The translations under genes and the position numbers were made by a program. Of a DNA stretch of 64,000 bases, positions 13,050 through 27,175 are shown one piece after another. The stretch spans positions 121,334,001 through 121,398,000 of the forward strand of contig OX597816.1 of assembly GCA_951406725.2 (NCBI GenBank), in the 5' to 3' direction. How positions within the stretch are numbered: the first letter of the stretch is position 1; each line of letters begins with the position of its first letter. The notes under the pieces were generated by a model that did no database searches, was not told the origin of the DNA, and saw only the letters and a program-made list of their open reading frames with translations. The stretch is from Octopus vulgaris (taxonomy: Eukaryota).

Positions 13050-14625
13050 ATGTGTGTGTATGTGTGTGTGTGTGTGTGCGTGCGTCACGCCACTTAGAAG
13101 AAACAGCTCAAGTGCGTTTCGTATGAGTATCACTATTTAAATTAAAACAATGAGTCCAAAAAAATGTATTTTGTCTTGTCCGAGGACATTTGGGCGTAGT
13201 TTTAAATAAAGTGATTTTTATCGCGCTAGGATCATACTATATATGTGTGTGTGTGTGTGTGTGTGTGAATGTGTGTGTGTGAGTGTGTGTGTGTGTGTGT
13301 GAGTGTGTGTGTGTATGTGTGTGTCTGTGTGCGCGCGCCTGTGTACGTATGTATATATGTATTTACGTACGTATTTATGTATGTTTGTATACATACATAC
13401 ATACATACATACATACATACATACATACATACATACATACATACATACATACATACATACACGTACATATGTATGTATACAAAGACAAAGATAACAAACT
13501 AATTTCTCTTAATCAGACAGTAGGAAAGCAAAATATATTATCTTTGTGTGCTATCCCAGATAATGATAATTAGGTTGAAATTCCAATGGCGTTTGAAGTC
13601 CACATCCATGCCTACTGCGTAGGTATGACGTGAATTGCCTAGTGTACATACAGATAACATTTTGTGTGGAAACAGTGTATGTAGGTGAGTGTCATCCACC
13701 CGTTTCAAGAAATCAGTCGTTAAACTATAGAAGGAAACTTACGGTCGATATAAATCAAATCTCGAAACATACCAAGATTAATAGAGTGTGACGAGGGTCT
13801 ACATTGGTTACTGCGGCAATGGTAAAATTTAAAAGAAAATTTCCAATTCAAGAGATGGAAAATGGGGTAAATTGATGATCTTTGGCATAGGCGTTGCCAA
13901 AGTAATATGAATGCTTTCGCAAAATTTCTCAAAGGTGGAACTCCATTGGTACGCAACGTAGAGGATAGAGAGTTATGACTATTTTGCTCTGCAGGTACTT
14001 TGAGCGGACAGTGAGCCTCAAAGTGATGAAAGACGCGGTCGTTACGTTGTTTAGCCCCTGGTCAACACAGCCCGAGCATACATATGTGCAAAGGCATCCA
14101 AACCTAAATCCTCTCGTCTTTTTTATTTATCAACAACTGTATCGCTCAATTAATACTTCCTTATTTAAGAAGCTGGTACGTGATTTGGGCAAGATGTAGA
14201 TGTTATTTCTAGTAGATCGAGCGACTTCATAAAGATTGCCCCGTTTGTTTACAAAGGTAAACTCTGTTGGGAACTAAACACCTTGTAATGTGTTTCTTAA
14301 TAGAATCGAAGAGTTTGTCTCTGTTGATAATTGAACGCCTTGTTATGTGTTTCGTTAGATCCCAATAAAGAAGGAAATATATTAAATAATCAGGTGAGGA
14401 CACAAACTAACTTGAGAGTAGAATGATTGAGGTCACCTTGTTGGTAGAGTGATCTGAAATGTGTTTGCACTTAGTGACTGTGCATTCGTAGGTGGGGCGT
14501 TAGATCAAGGCGTGGAAAAGATTTTGAGAGCTGTATCTTTATCGTGTATTATTTGAAGGAAGACGGCCAGCTAATCAGGTAGCTTATCAGCAGAAGTGTT
14601 AAAACCGTTATATTGGTTCGGAAGA

Positions 14626-14855
14626 AGGCGGCGAGCTGGCAGAATCGTTGGCACGCCGGGCGAAATGCGTAGCCGTATTTCGTCTGTCGTTACGTTCTGA
14701 GTTCAAATTCCACCGAGGTCGACTTTGCCTTTCATCCTCTCGGGGTCGATAAATAAAGTACCAGTTTCGCACTGGGTCGATGTAATCGACTTAATCCCTT
14801 TGTCTGTCCTTGTTTGTCCCCTCTATGTTTAGCCCCTTGTGGGTAGTAAAGAAAT
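14626..14855 (+). mobile_element. SINE-B, single unit (others at 7495-7615, 15395-15595, 21400-21610, 24545-24640, 27266-27400, 39400-39540, 42039-42210)
   Basis: Same head and central domain as 9190-9835. Confidence 0.85.
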
Positions 14856-15700
14856 ATATATTGGTTCGGACCGAGACCTTTTTTTTTTATGAAGAGCTAG
14901 GAAGTTGTGCTGCAATATGGGAGATGGGAGACGCAGAAAAAAAGCATATTTTGCTTTCCCTATCGCTTTCTCGCAAGTATAGTAACGATGTTAAACAGTT
15001 TAGGAGTGCGAATTTCAAATTAAAACAACTGAATATCGGATTAAAACAATCGAAACTCCGATTTAAATTATATGAACTTTAATATAAATTTTTATTTATA
15101 ACAAATGAATATCAAATTAAAATAAATCAAATTCATATTAATATAACTAATGTGGGGTGAGAAAAATTACGCTTAATTTAAAACCTGTTATTTTGTTCAA
15201 ATTCATGATATAACTTGACTGAATCAAGGTTTTCTAAACAAGAGTTTTTATTAAAGATTCAGGAGTCTGTCTCAGGCGGGTTGATATTAAACGGGTTGAT
15301 AATAATTTTCCTTATTCCCCACAGAGGTTTATGTTTGTTATATCGTAGCTAGCCCAATTAATAATTTATGTGTGATGAAATATTCTTTCTGATTTTGGCA
15401 CACAAGGTAAGTAATTCTAAGTGAAGAAGGCAGTCGATTAGATCGACTCCAGTGTATAACTGGTACTTATTTTATCGACCACGAAAGGATGAAAGAGAGA
15501 GTCGACCCCACATTTGAATTCACGACGTAAATTCGGAAGAAATGCCGCAAAGCATTTTGTCTGGCGCGGTAACAATTCTGCCAGCTCGCTACCTTTGTAT
15601 GATTGAATATTACAAGTAAAATCTTGGAAAAAAAAATAAAAACAGCAATTTTTGTTCGTCGGATTCAACATCAAAATGTATGTAGCATAGGCATATGTTA

Positions 15701-16461
15701 TTAGATCGTCAAGTATGAAATTTGTAAAAGGTATATGGTAAACTTTGACAGCTGCTCATTTTGCGCCATTATTATATTTTGACAATCTTTACTTTTTGTT
15801 AGAAAGCTGACACATCTATTTCTTTATTCTAGCTCATTTTGCGCTTTTTAAAGTATTTATAAATCGGTTTTTTTTTTTTTTGCTATTTTTGTTTAGAGAT
15901 GGCTAAGTCGGAAATTCGTATGTGTTTGGTGTTATGGCGCAGGTGTGATCCACCATGAGTTCATTAAACCTGGCTCATCAATCACGGCCGAAGTATACTG
16001 CAACCAACTGAACCAAATGATGCTGAAAATTACCAAAAAAAAAAAAACCTCGCCTAGATTAGTCAACAGATCCACTCTTATTTTATTGCAAGACAACGCC
16101 AGACCACACATCACAAAAATGACATTGGCGAAACTACAGGAGTTGGAGTTAGAAGTTCTCCATCATCCACCATACTCATCTGATCTTGCCCCCACTGACT
16201 ACCACTTCTTCCAGAATTTGGATAACTTTTTGATAGGAAAAAAATTTAATTTCGACGATGCAGTAAAACAGGCCTTCCAAGATTTTATTGACTCTAGATT
16301 GCCAGGCTTGTACAGTTCCGGGCTGGACAAGTTACCGCTGAAATGGCAAAAGTCTATTGACAATAAAGTTGCATACTTTGATGAATAAAACTATTCCTTG
16401 TATTTATAAAACATCAGCAAATTTTTTTTCTTTTCTACAAATTTCACACTTGACCATCAAA
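15701..16461 (+). mobile_element. Internally deleted mariner (DD34D, Hsmar1/cecropia-like) with transposase pseudogene
   Basis: 26-bp TIRs TTAGATCGTCAAGTATGAAATTTGTA with TA TSD. ORF 15945-16388 has LLQDNARPH and HPPYSSDLAPTDYHFF. The start MAKSEIR (15899) is joined directly to catalytic-domain sequence. Confidence 0.92.
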
Positions 16462-16596
16462 TAGTTAATGAAATCGGCTTAATGAGTAGAAAGACTTTTT
16501 CAGAAACTTGGGGTTTGTGGGAAAATCCATTTAAATAAAAGACTTATTTTATTTAAATGACTATAATTACTATCATACAAGATATTTTGTGAGTAA

Positions 16597-16905
16597 TATA
16601 ATTATTACCGACAGAAGCAGTATAAATAACAAAAGGTAATATTTATCTCCACTTAAATGTTGATGTTGTGTTAGAACACAGGATACTTTGATGGTTATCA
16701 CGAGAGAACCTCTCATATGAGCTTTTGGTGCATATAAGTGACATAAGCAATATTAATACTAAAAGGTAATACACCAAAAGCCCATATGAGAGGTTTCCTT
16801 ATGATAACTATCGCAGTATTCTGTGTTCTGACACAACATCCACTTTTAAGTGGAGACAAATATTGTCTTTTGATATTAATACTATTTCTGTCGCTAACAA
16901 TTATT
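16597..16905. repeat. Long diverged inverted repeat (~135-bp arms, ~40-bp spacer); third copy of the arm at 17128-17245
   Basis: 16597-16730 is reverse-complementary to 16772-16905 (e.g. ctctcatatgagcttttggtg / caccaaaagcccatatgagag). Confidence 0.8.
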
Positions 16906-17330
16906 TTTAATAAATCTACTGGCTATTTGTGACACCAGTGCCTGATTAGGCATTGAGATTTTATGTATATTGCTATCGGAGATATCACTGCTATTTTCAG
17001 CAGTCTAGTATCTACCATTGACAAGGTCAGAGATGGCTGAAATCACGTGATTTTGTAGTCCTGGTGGTGGCAGGGGCAATGGTGGATGATTTATCTCAGC
17101 TAGCGATATAACAAGAGTGTTTACATGCACCAAAAACCCATGTGAGAGGTTCTCCTATGGTAAATAATGCAGTATTCTGTGTTTTAACACCATCCACTTT
17201 TAAAAGTGAGGATACATATTACATTTTAGTAAGTGCTCCTGATAATACGATTAGTTTCTGGTCCAACGAGGAACCCTCTTTGTGGCCTCCCCTTCTCCTT
17301 ACTATAACCCTCAAACCACACAAATAGCAA

Positions 17331-18399
17331 CGAGGTTCGGTTGAAAAGTTCATAGGCAGACTATAGAGGAGTGATGCTAGACCTGTAACATCTTGCATGC
17401 ATTGATTACTCATCTTATTAATAACTACATTGTTTCTTTCCAGGCAAACTGACATTTGACTGTTCAACGTAGTCTTCAAAAGTAACGAGTAACGACTTCT
17501 CTAGTTATTCTAATCCTACAATAATCGAAATCTGGCATCATGATGTTATCAAGTACTTACAGAAAAAGGGTTTGGCTTCCAAGGACATTCATGCTGACAT
17601 GGTTGCTACATTAGGGAATGTTGCTCCAGCTATATCAACAGTGTGAAAGTGGGCAGCTGAATTTAAGAGGCAAAGAGGAGTCTTCAAGATGACCTAAGAT
17701 CTGGACGTCCAGCGACTGCTACCACCGGGGAAAACATTCATCGTGTTCACCACACAGTGATGGATGACAGACGATTTGAATATAAATCAAATAGCTAATG
17801 CTATTAGCATTGGACCAGAGACAAATAGACAATCCATGCAGTGGAAACACCCCTCTTCATCTGCTCCAAAGAAGGCCACGGTCGTTTCATTTGCAGGGAA
17901 GGTGATGGTTTCAGTTTTTAGGAGATGCAAATGACGTTGTGTTTATTGACTATCTCCAAAAGGGTCACACCGTCATTGGAAAGTACCATGCCAACTAGCT
18001 GAGGCAGATACGAAAGTCTATTAAGACCAAACACCCAGAAAAGTTGACGAAAAGGCTCCAGCACACAAGTCCTTGGTTCCAGTAGCTGTTGTGCGTGACT
18101 GTGGCTTTGAACTGGTTGATCTCTCTCCCTATTTTCTTGATTTAGATTCATCTATCAACTCTTCCCCAACAGAAAAATCCCCCACTTGACCGGGGACGGG
18201 TATCGCAGTGATGATGACGTTATATTTGTTGATGATAACAGGATGAAAGCTTCTTCACCAATGGAATCAAAGGATTGCAACACGGATAGAAGAAGTGTGT
18301 GGATTGCAAGGGTGATGTGCTATATTGAAAAATAAACCTCATTTAGTCACATTCATGAGAATGTCTTGGTCAGCCTATAAACTTTTCAACCGACCCTCA
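17331..18399 (+). mobile_element. Degenerate mariner element (transposase pseudogene)
   Basis: TIRs CGAGGTTCGGTTGAAAAGTTCATAGGC / GCCTATAAACTTTTCAACCGACCCTCA. Broken frames read VIKYLQKKG, RSGRPATA, SMQWKHPSSSAPKK, AGKVMVSVF. Confidence 0.9.
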
Positions 18400-19034
18400 T
18401 ACACTGGATATTGTAATCCTAGGTATGATTTTCGTGAATAATATTAAAAAGAAAGCGAGATGGTGAAGGTTTGAGTGTCTTTGTTCATAAATCTGCTCGC
18501 AGAGGATCGACTTCAGATTAAGAACTAAATAAACGTATCTCACACAAGTAAATTACTGCAAAACAATGTAAAACATGTTGTTAGACAAAATGGCAGAAGT
18601 TCTAAATATCGAAAGTGCAACACCTACAGGCTGCTTTACAAACATACGATTGCCTCTAACCTTAAACCTAAATCTACTCCTGGAGACTAGACCGCGACAG
18701 CGTAATAGCAACAAGAGTAACAGTAATACTCTCGGGGCGATATCAATCTCAACTTCAAATTATGATAATCTTTAATTGCCAACTGCACATTATATTTATT
18801 CGTTTATTTATTTAATTATTATTTATATATTCGGCAGACGGCTGCGAGAGTACAGTACTAAAGTATTTATAGACTACTGCACCCATTCTGCGGTCTATCC
18901 CTGTCTCTACCTATCAATTTCTTTACCATTTCATGTTGAAATAACCTAGATTATATGGGTGAATGGTTTTATTAGGTTCTGGCCTCATTTCCAACCAACA
19001 ACTGTACTCTAGACACGCACGCACGCACGCACGA

Positions 19035-19103
<69 letters not shown>

Positions 19104-19218
19104 TATATATAAATGAGTATATGTATATATGTATGTGTGTGTAAATATATTTAAATAAACACATTCACGATCACATGTATATGCGTATGAATATGTATAT
19201 ATATGTGTGTAGTTATGC

Positions 19219-19250
<32 letters not shown>

Positions 19251-19255
<5 letters not shown>

Positions 19256-19470
19256 ATCCAAACAAGAAAACACAAAAAAAAAACAAAAAACACAGCAACG
19301 CGAGGACGTGGAACAAATAAAGTATGATTGGACGCTCAGGAAAGAAGGGAAGAAGGAGGGTTTAACGTTTCGAGCGGAGCTCTTCGTCGGAAACATAGGA
19401 GAAGGAAAGATCCCGAGAAGGGAAGACAGAGGAAAAAAAAATCGCCAGTGGTACTCACGAGGTCACATAT
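19251..19470 (-). mobile_element. Penelope-like pLTR fragment with variant hammerhead (19360-19394)
   Basis: Minus strand GTTT-CCGACGAA-GAGC-TCC-GCTC-GAAACGTT-AAAC. Related copies at 32765-32852 (+) and 12535-12610 (-). Confidence 0.55.
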
Positions 19471-19478
19471 TGAAAGGT

Positions 19479-19590
<112 letters not shown>

Positions 19591-19614
19591 TGTATGTATA
19601 TATGTATGTATGTT

Positions 19615-19990
19615 ATATAGGATCTTGCAGACAAATCGAGGTCAGATTTAAGCAGTTAGCGAGTTTAACATTTCATTTTTTGACAAAACCTTCCTTGCTT
19701 GAAAATCTGATCCTCCTCTTTATTTGTTAGGTAAATAGCGAACTGATTCGACAAAAAGAAAGTCATGGAACAACAGAATCGTTCCGCCATTGTTGTTTTG
19801 GCGCGCGCCGGGCACTCTGCCAATAAAATTGTTAAGTTGACGAAACTTTCAAAAGCAACAGGCTATCGTATTTATAAACAATTTAAAGGCGAGAGAAAGA
19901 TTGATAGAAAAGAACATAAGGCTCGAAGTGATTTCGAGCGCAGTTTAAAGTTTCTCGCTGGCCTCAAACGCTCGACTGAAACCAACTCAC
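19615..19990 (+). mobile_element. 5' fragment of a Tc1/mariner (maT-like) element, N-terminal HTH
   Basis: ORF 19765: MEQQNRSAIVVLARAGHSANKIVKLTKLSKATGYRIYKQFK resembles a paired-like HTH. Confidence 0.6.
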
Positions 19991-20070
19991 CTACATTCAG
20001 CTACATAATGAAATCTTATTTGTAGCAGTGTATTCAGATGTTTGGTCAGGAGTGTGTATGTGTGTGTGTG

Positions 20071-20172
<102 letters not shown>

Positions 20173-20177
20173 CAGAC

Positions 20178-20262
<85 letters not shown>

Positions 20263-20334
20263 TGCGTAGACACACACATCCACATACATAGATATGTGTG
20301 TGTACATATACACGCACATTATTCTTTATTCTTT

Positions 20335-20733
20335 TTCTTTTATTCTTTTACTTGTTTCAGTCATTTGACTGTGGCCATGCTGGAGCACCGCCTTTAGTCG
20401 AGCAAATCGACCCCGGGACTTATTCTTTGTAAGCCCAGTACTTATTCTATCGGTCTCTTTTTGCCGAACCGCTAAGTGACGGGGACGTAAACACACCAGC
20501 ATCGGTTGTCAAGCAATGCTAGGGGGACAAACACAGACACACACATACACATATATATATATACATATATACGACAGGCTTCTTTCAGTTTCCGTCTACC
20601 AAATCCACTCATAAGACATTGGTCGGCCCGGGGCTATAGCAGAAGACACTTGCCCAAGATGCCACGCAGTGGGACTGAACCCGGAACCATGTGGTTGGTA
20701 AGCAAGCTGCTTACCACACAGCCACTCCTGCGC
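20335..20733 (-). mobile_element. SINE family A, full length (tRNA-derived head, internal microsatellite)
   Basis: A box TGGCTGTGTGGTA, B box GGTTCAGTCCC, CTTGGGCAAGTGTCTTCT block, tail ACTGAAACAAGTAAAAG; about 18 copies or fragments in the window. Confidence 0.9.
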
Positions 20734-20802
20734 ATACATATACACATGTATGTATGTGTCTATATATATGTGTGTGTGTATGCATATATATTTGTATACA
20801 TG

Positions 20803-20837
<35 letters not shown>

Positions 20838-20870
20838 ATGTATATATCTTTGTATAAACACAAGCACACA

Positions 20871-20905
<35 letters not shown>

Positions 20906-22798
20906 TATACGAGGTTTCAATAGACACGTTGTAATGGATACCTTCGAAGACTATGATATAGGATACTATCATATTATACACGTTTGAATAAGTATTTTAG
21001 ATTATGTACTCTTTACTTCTTTCTTTAGTATTCTTTATTTAGTATCAGAATAATATAAAGTTGGTAGTTCTGCTCTTTAATCTTTCAAGACATCAGTACT
21101 TCACTGATGCAGTACACCGGATGTTCTCTTCTTTTAAATTTACAAGAGTACAACAATGAAGCGTGATATACTAGCAAGCCTGTACTCTAAAACCTCAGCA
21201 ATCAAGTTCTTTGATTCCAGTCTAACCTATTTACTGCTCGCTTTCACTAAAACTCCCTATGGCAAGAGCCTACTAGTGACTGACATAGAAAAGCAGATCT
21301 CAAGATCTGGCTTTTCGTAATCCATGTCGGTGTTCATGAAGGAGAGAGAGAGAGAGAGAGATTAAAAGTGTTTCAGAATGTTGAAATTATGGTTGCCTTG
21401 AGACGGCGAGCTGGCACATCGTTACTGCGCCGGGCAAAATCCTTCGCGTCATTTCGTTCATCTTTACGTTCTGAGCTCAAATTCCGCCGAAGTCAACTTT
21501 GCTTTTCATCTTTTCGGGGTCGATACAATAAGTACCAGTTGCTGGGGTCGATTTCATCGACTTACACGGGCCCCCGAAATTGCTGGCCTTGTGCCAAGAT
21601 TTGAAACCGATTACTTTCGATATATTGGATGCGAGTATAATAGGACGGTAGTAAATTGGATCAGAGAATTGTCATTTATTTGTTTAGTATTCCAGCAAGT
21701 TGAAGAGTTTATCCATCAAACCACCAATCATCCCATTGAATCAATGGCCAAACAATAACTATTCAACTATTCAGTTGTCTACAATTTTATTTAACCATTC
21801 AGCAATTCACAAGTCAAGCATCATGATCAGTCAGCCAGCTCTCATTCTAATCCTTCAATAGTCAAACACCTTAACCACTTAAAGCTCCTGTGCGGTACAT
21901 ATTGTGTAGCCTAACCTTAATCTTTTGCCTGTCTTACACCTCAGTCACTTGGTAACACGTCTTAACCACTCGGCCATCCCAAAACCTGACACTTTAGCTA
22001 TTCACCTACCACATATCTTTTTTAAAAAATAAACACCACAGAAAAATGTTGCTGTGTCCAATACTATACTTCGGGATTTTTCACTTTTATTTATTCATAT
22101 AACAACTACCTTAGAAACATTGTGTGCCAATCCTTTACTTAAAAGAAAAAGAAAATAAAAAGCGAGAGAAAAAAGAAAAATAAGAAAGAAGTATAAATTG
22201 TCAGATTACAGCCAAAGGTTTCAGAAGCTCTGTCCTTCATTTGCGCAAGCTGTAAAGGATGTTGACTCTTTATTGGCTCTTTACATTTAATGACAGCCTT
22301 GACATGACACCAACCTGATTTCAATCCCCTTTTTTAAGCCTGTTCTCTATTTGCTTACATATTTGTAATTCATTTGGCCTATTTGTTCTTCGAAAGTCTT
22401 ATTTCTTTTATTTATATTGTTTTTTATTTATTTATTTTACATCCGCAGATCCCCTTATTCCCGCTTTTCTTCCTCTTTTTCTTTCTGCCTGTTTTTGTTT
22501 GTAGATTTTAATACTTCCAACCCCTATCTTCCACTTTCACTGCTTTATCGAAATTATATGAGATATCACAAACAGCTGAGTTAGAGATACATAATACGTA
22601 ACAGCCAAATTATTTGATGCGATTAAGAGTAACTCTAAGTGGATTCTTGGGTAACTATGATAAATACTATAAGTGTTAAAAGAGATATGATATATATCAC
22701 CACAATGAAACAAATAAATGGAGCTGGAATAATATCTGTTACACACTTGAAGTTATAAACAATCATATATTAACGATTTAATTAGCATGATTTAATTA

Positions 22799-23185
22799 GG
22801 CGCAGGTGTGGCTGAGTGTCAAAGGAGATTGCTTCCCAACCACATGGTTCAGGGTTCAGTGACACTTTGAGTAAGTGTTTTCTGCTACAGCCTCTGGCCG
22901 ACCAAAGCCTTGTGAGCGGATTTGGTAAATGGAAACTGAAAGAAGACTGTATGTGTGTGCGCGCGTCTTTGTGTTTGTATTTGTCCCTCCATCACCGCTT
23001 GATAGCCCGTGTTGGTGTGTTGACGTCTCCGTAATTTTGTGGTTCGGAAAAAGAGACCAATACAATAAATACTAGGCTTAAGAAATAAGTCCTGGGGTCG
23101 ATTTATTCGACTAAAATCCTTCAACGCGGTGCTCCAGCATGGCTGCAGTCAAAAGACTGTGAAACAAGTAAAAGAATAAAAGAGT
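22799..23185 (+). mobile_element. SINE-A
   Basis: Similarity to 20335-20733. Confidence 0.85.
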
Positions 23186-24010
23186 GCATAAAACTAGTTT
23201 TCTGAGAAAGAATAGTTAAAATCCATTATATCACAGGTACTTATTTGCTATAAATGTTTTTGTACAGAGCGCTTACTATTCTATCAACACTGTAGCAGCA
23301 GAAGTAAAATTTGCCTCGGCGGATTTGATTTCAGCACCTGAAGCTAGGGAGGAAAAAAAGAAGAAAAACTGATGTTTTGTGTATCACAATGTTTCATATG
23401 ATGAATCTTCCTTTTTCCCTTCAATAATTATAGTTTTTCCGTTGTCATCGTCTTGTTGTTGTTGTTTTTGTTTAGCCCCTAGATTAGACCTATTATCAAA
23501 AACATTCCAGCCGTGGCTTTCCCTTCTTTTTCTTTTGCTAGACACAGTGTACGTAATTCAATGTGTTACTGTTTACTAAAGTGTAAAGTGAGATTTAAGG
23601 GAGAATAGGCTACTATGTCTAAAAGAATCGACCGACTGCTCTGTCTATTTCTCTCTCTCTCCTTCTCTCTTTCTTTTTTTCTCTCTCCCCCTCTTTCGCT
23701 CTTCATTGCATTCATAGAAAGCAGTTGAAAACTTTTAGTAATGTGAAACCGGGGCGCAGGTTTGGTTTCTTATTAGGTTAATGCACTTCATCTTCCAGCT
23801 GTAGACAATAAGCATGATAAGGGATAGGCTTGTAAATATACATGTAGACGGAACCTTCAGTTGTAATCCGAAGACCAATCAATTAACGAATAGCTCTAAA
23901 AAACCATTGGAGGTTGGGTCGAAACATGAACTCCTTAACATGAAGTATAGTTGTTGTTTAACCTTCAAACCAGTCCTCAAATTCATTCTAATTGTGACCA
24001 TGCTGTTCCG

Positions 24011-24077
<67 letters not shown>

Positions 24078-24132
24078 GTGTGCGTGCGCGTGTGTGTGCG
24101 CGTGCGTACGTGATGGGGAGCTTACAATAAAA

Positions 24133-24321
24133 CAGTCCTCCGCAACCGTTATGCCGCGGCACACTGGTGTGCCTTGAGACGATGCTAAGTGTACCGCATT
24201 GTGACCTGAATACAATCTCCCACCCGCTATACTCTTAGTTATATTTTTAGTTCAGATGTGCCACCAAATTTTTGAAGAGAATATAAGTGAACCGCAAGTG
24301 GAAAAAGGTTGTGGAGTACTG
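24133..24321 (+). mobile_element. hAT-like MITE
   Basis: TIRs CAGTCCTCCGCAACC / GGTTGTGGAGTACTG; TSD not clear. Confidence 0.6.
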
Positions 24322-24660
24322 CTATACATTATCCTTCCTCTTTCTGAGATGGCAGTGTGTAATCTGAGAGAGATTTGGCTGCAATAGCTCCGTTATTTCT
24401 TTGGGCAAAATGCCTCCACCATCTTTAAAGATGAGGTACGGAGGTGTGAATCAACCTTTAAATATATCTTCTAGATTTGTTTTTCATTATATACAAGTTT
24501 ATAATAAAATGGAAATGGAACACGGAAGCAATTTTATGGGGTCCATAAAATAAGTACCAGTTGAGTGCTGGGTTCGATGTAATCGACTTAGCTCCTTTCC
24601 AGAATTTGTTGGCATTGTGCCAAAATTTGAAACATTATTATAATCATCATCATCATCATT

Positions 24661-26893
24661 GCACAAGATGCAAATCGCCAGATGTAGATGATCTGCCCTA
24701 TGGATTCTATGTATTCATGTCAGATTTGTTTCGCGACCTCTTGACAGACGTTTACCGCAACTAGCAACAGAACGGGAGAATTCTCAGTGCCGTTAGTTGG
24801 GTATGGTGACACTGCTGAAGAAAGACGCCGACAGTGAGGATATACTAGGGATATAAACACAGAGTTTAAGATTTTAGCCGAGGTGTTAGCGAAAAGGTTG
24901 GCGCTTGTTGTTGGTAGTCTAAAAGGGGGAGCAAAAACGTGTGCAATCTCGAACAGGTCTATCCACGACAGCTTCCACTTTATGCGATACATCAAAGAGA
25001 AGGCTGGGATTAAAGCTGGCTTCGGTGGGGCTCTGATCAATTTGGATCAATCAAAAGCATTTAATAAGGTCGATCAACGGTACCTGGAAGCCGTCGTCTA
25101 AGCAGCCGGTTTCGGACCCGTTTTCAGAAGCTGGATCACTGCAATGCACAGCGGCACCTGCTCGGTAGTCAAAGTAAAGGATCATCTATCGGAACCGTTT
25201 AGCATCGCACGCTCGGTCCATCAGGGCTGACCGCTGTCACCTCTTCTGTACGTGATGGCTCTCGAGCCACTGCTGCAGAAGTTGGAACAATTGAGGGGTG
25301 TCGGACGCCTCCGAAGTGGAGACGGTCGGCTCCAATCTAGAAGAATATGAGTCGGTTGCAGGGGCTAAAATCAATGCAAAGTAGTCAGTGGGCTTGCGAC
25401 TGGGCATCTGGAGAAGCAGATTAATGCCGTCAGACGGCATAATCGGACGCTGGTCTGACGGACCATTTTAAAGTGTTTGGGGTCAGGTTTGGTCCAGAAT
25501 TTCAGATGAATTAGATCTTGGACGAGGTGACGAACAGGGTGGCCGGTCTTACCCAGAAATGGACTGAGGAGAAGCTGTCCTTGAAAGGTTGGACAGAGGT
25601 GGCGAATGCCTACATCGCCTCCGTTATCATTTATCGTCTGACCGTTGTGCCTTGCTCCAGTTATTGCTTGATCAAGTTGGAGCGAGTCTTGTTCATGTTC
25701 TTGCGGAAGGGACGCGTTCCAATGGTCAGGCGGTCAACCTGCTGTTATCTCCCTCTGAGTTGTGGCTTAGGCATTCGTGGCCTTTGGTGTGCAGACATAC
25801 GCTAATGTGCTACCTGCAACGATTTCTAGAAGGTGAACGCGTGTGTCACCGTTTCTGAGGCACGTATTTCCGCAAATCTTTGGCGGGGTTGCAGTCCTGG
25901 GTGAAGAGTAGACCAAGACTGGTCGCCTAGCACTTAGAATGTCGTCAGGCACTCACTGTCCTCAACCAGTCGGACAATAGCTATTTATAAAGGATTAGTG
26001 GCGGGAAAGTGCGACGATGTCCTGGGCGTTGACTAAGAAGAACTGACTAGCCTGTTCCGGAGGACTTTCCGATCTGGGACTATCACGGATAATTTCCAAA
26101 TTTGGCTTGGCAGTGCTACCGGGTGTCACTACCGGTTCGAGATAAACTCTACAGGCACGGATATACTGTCAGACGGGTTTTTCCGACGTGCGCGCTGAGC
26201 GACGAAACTGTTCTGCATGCACTCGCTCAGTGTCCGCTATTTGCTAACTTGTGGAGTTATGTCGAACAGCTGCTGTCGCGTGTGGGACGGATCCGTCTGC
26301 TGTCCAAGTCCATAGTGATAATTTTCCCGCTGCCCTCCTTCAATTGGGTAAGCATGGCAGTTTTCCTTTGCCTGGTTGCTGTGGCGAAAGAGTTTGTCTG
26401 ATTGGCGAGGCTGAAAGGAATGAGGACAGAAGCATTCCTCTTTGGTAAAACCCTCATCGACTTTTTCAAGTTTCACTTGGAAAGGCAAGTGAGGGTGGAG
26501 AGGGAAATGCTGTCCTCGAGTGAATTTATGAAAAGGTGGGTTCAAGTTGCGAAAATGGCAAGAGTGGATGGTACCACTCTCGGTGTAGAGCTATTAGTCG
26601 GAGGGAAGGAGTTGGAAAGGTATTTGTCCGTGGTATTCAGGATGATCTTGGATGGTGGGTTCCTCAATCATCCCTAGTGGTCCTCCTGTATCAGGAGCCC
26701 CCCAACATCACAATTTTTTTCCTTATTTTTGTATACTATGTATACTTCACTTTTAATGTATACTGTGTAAACTACTTTTCCTTTTTTTTATCATTCCATT
26801 ATATCTACCCCCCACACACACACACACACACATTTTATCTTTGTTTTTGTATTGCCCTCCCTCATCCTTCGCTCTGGTGGCAAATAAAAGAAA

Positions 26894-26895
<2 letters not shown>
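24661..26895 (+). mobile_element. 5'-truncated Tx1/L1-clade LINE (RT and zinc-knuckle pseudogene)
   Basis: Motifs KSPDVDDLP, NTEFKILAEVLAKRL, LDQSKAFNKVDQRYL, QG*PLSPLLY, GAKIN, LSLKG, C..ETVLHAL..C; 3' UTR with AATAAA followed by (ATT)n. Confidence 0.9.
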
Positions 26896-26964
<69 letters not shown>

Positions 26965-26967
<3 letters not shown>

Positions 26968-27175
26968 TAGTTTTATTTTTATAGCGTGCTTTCACTTCAC
27001 TACCGAGCGCAGCTCTGTGTGCCTTGGGTATGTGCTGTGATTTGCTGTGATGCTCTGATGGTTATTGTATGGAAAGTGTTCTGCGTAGGATGTGTGCAGT
27101 GCCTAGTAGTGCAATTTTCTGTATGTTATATGTGTTTGTAAGTCCTGGTGTTTTTGTCATGTATTTGTCTGAATA

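Noticed and set aside
13720-14600. Possible Penelope GIY-YIG remnants
   Set aside because: No convincing motif could be reconstructed by eye
15945-16388. SETMAR-like host gene
   Set aside because: Bounded by TIRs and TA TSD with an internal deletion and no SET domain; a defective mariner
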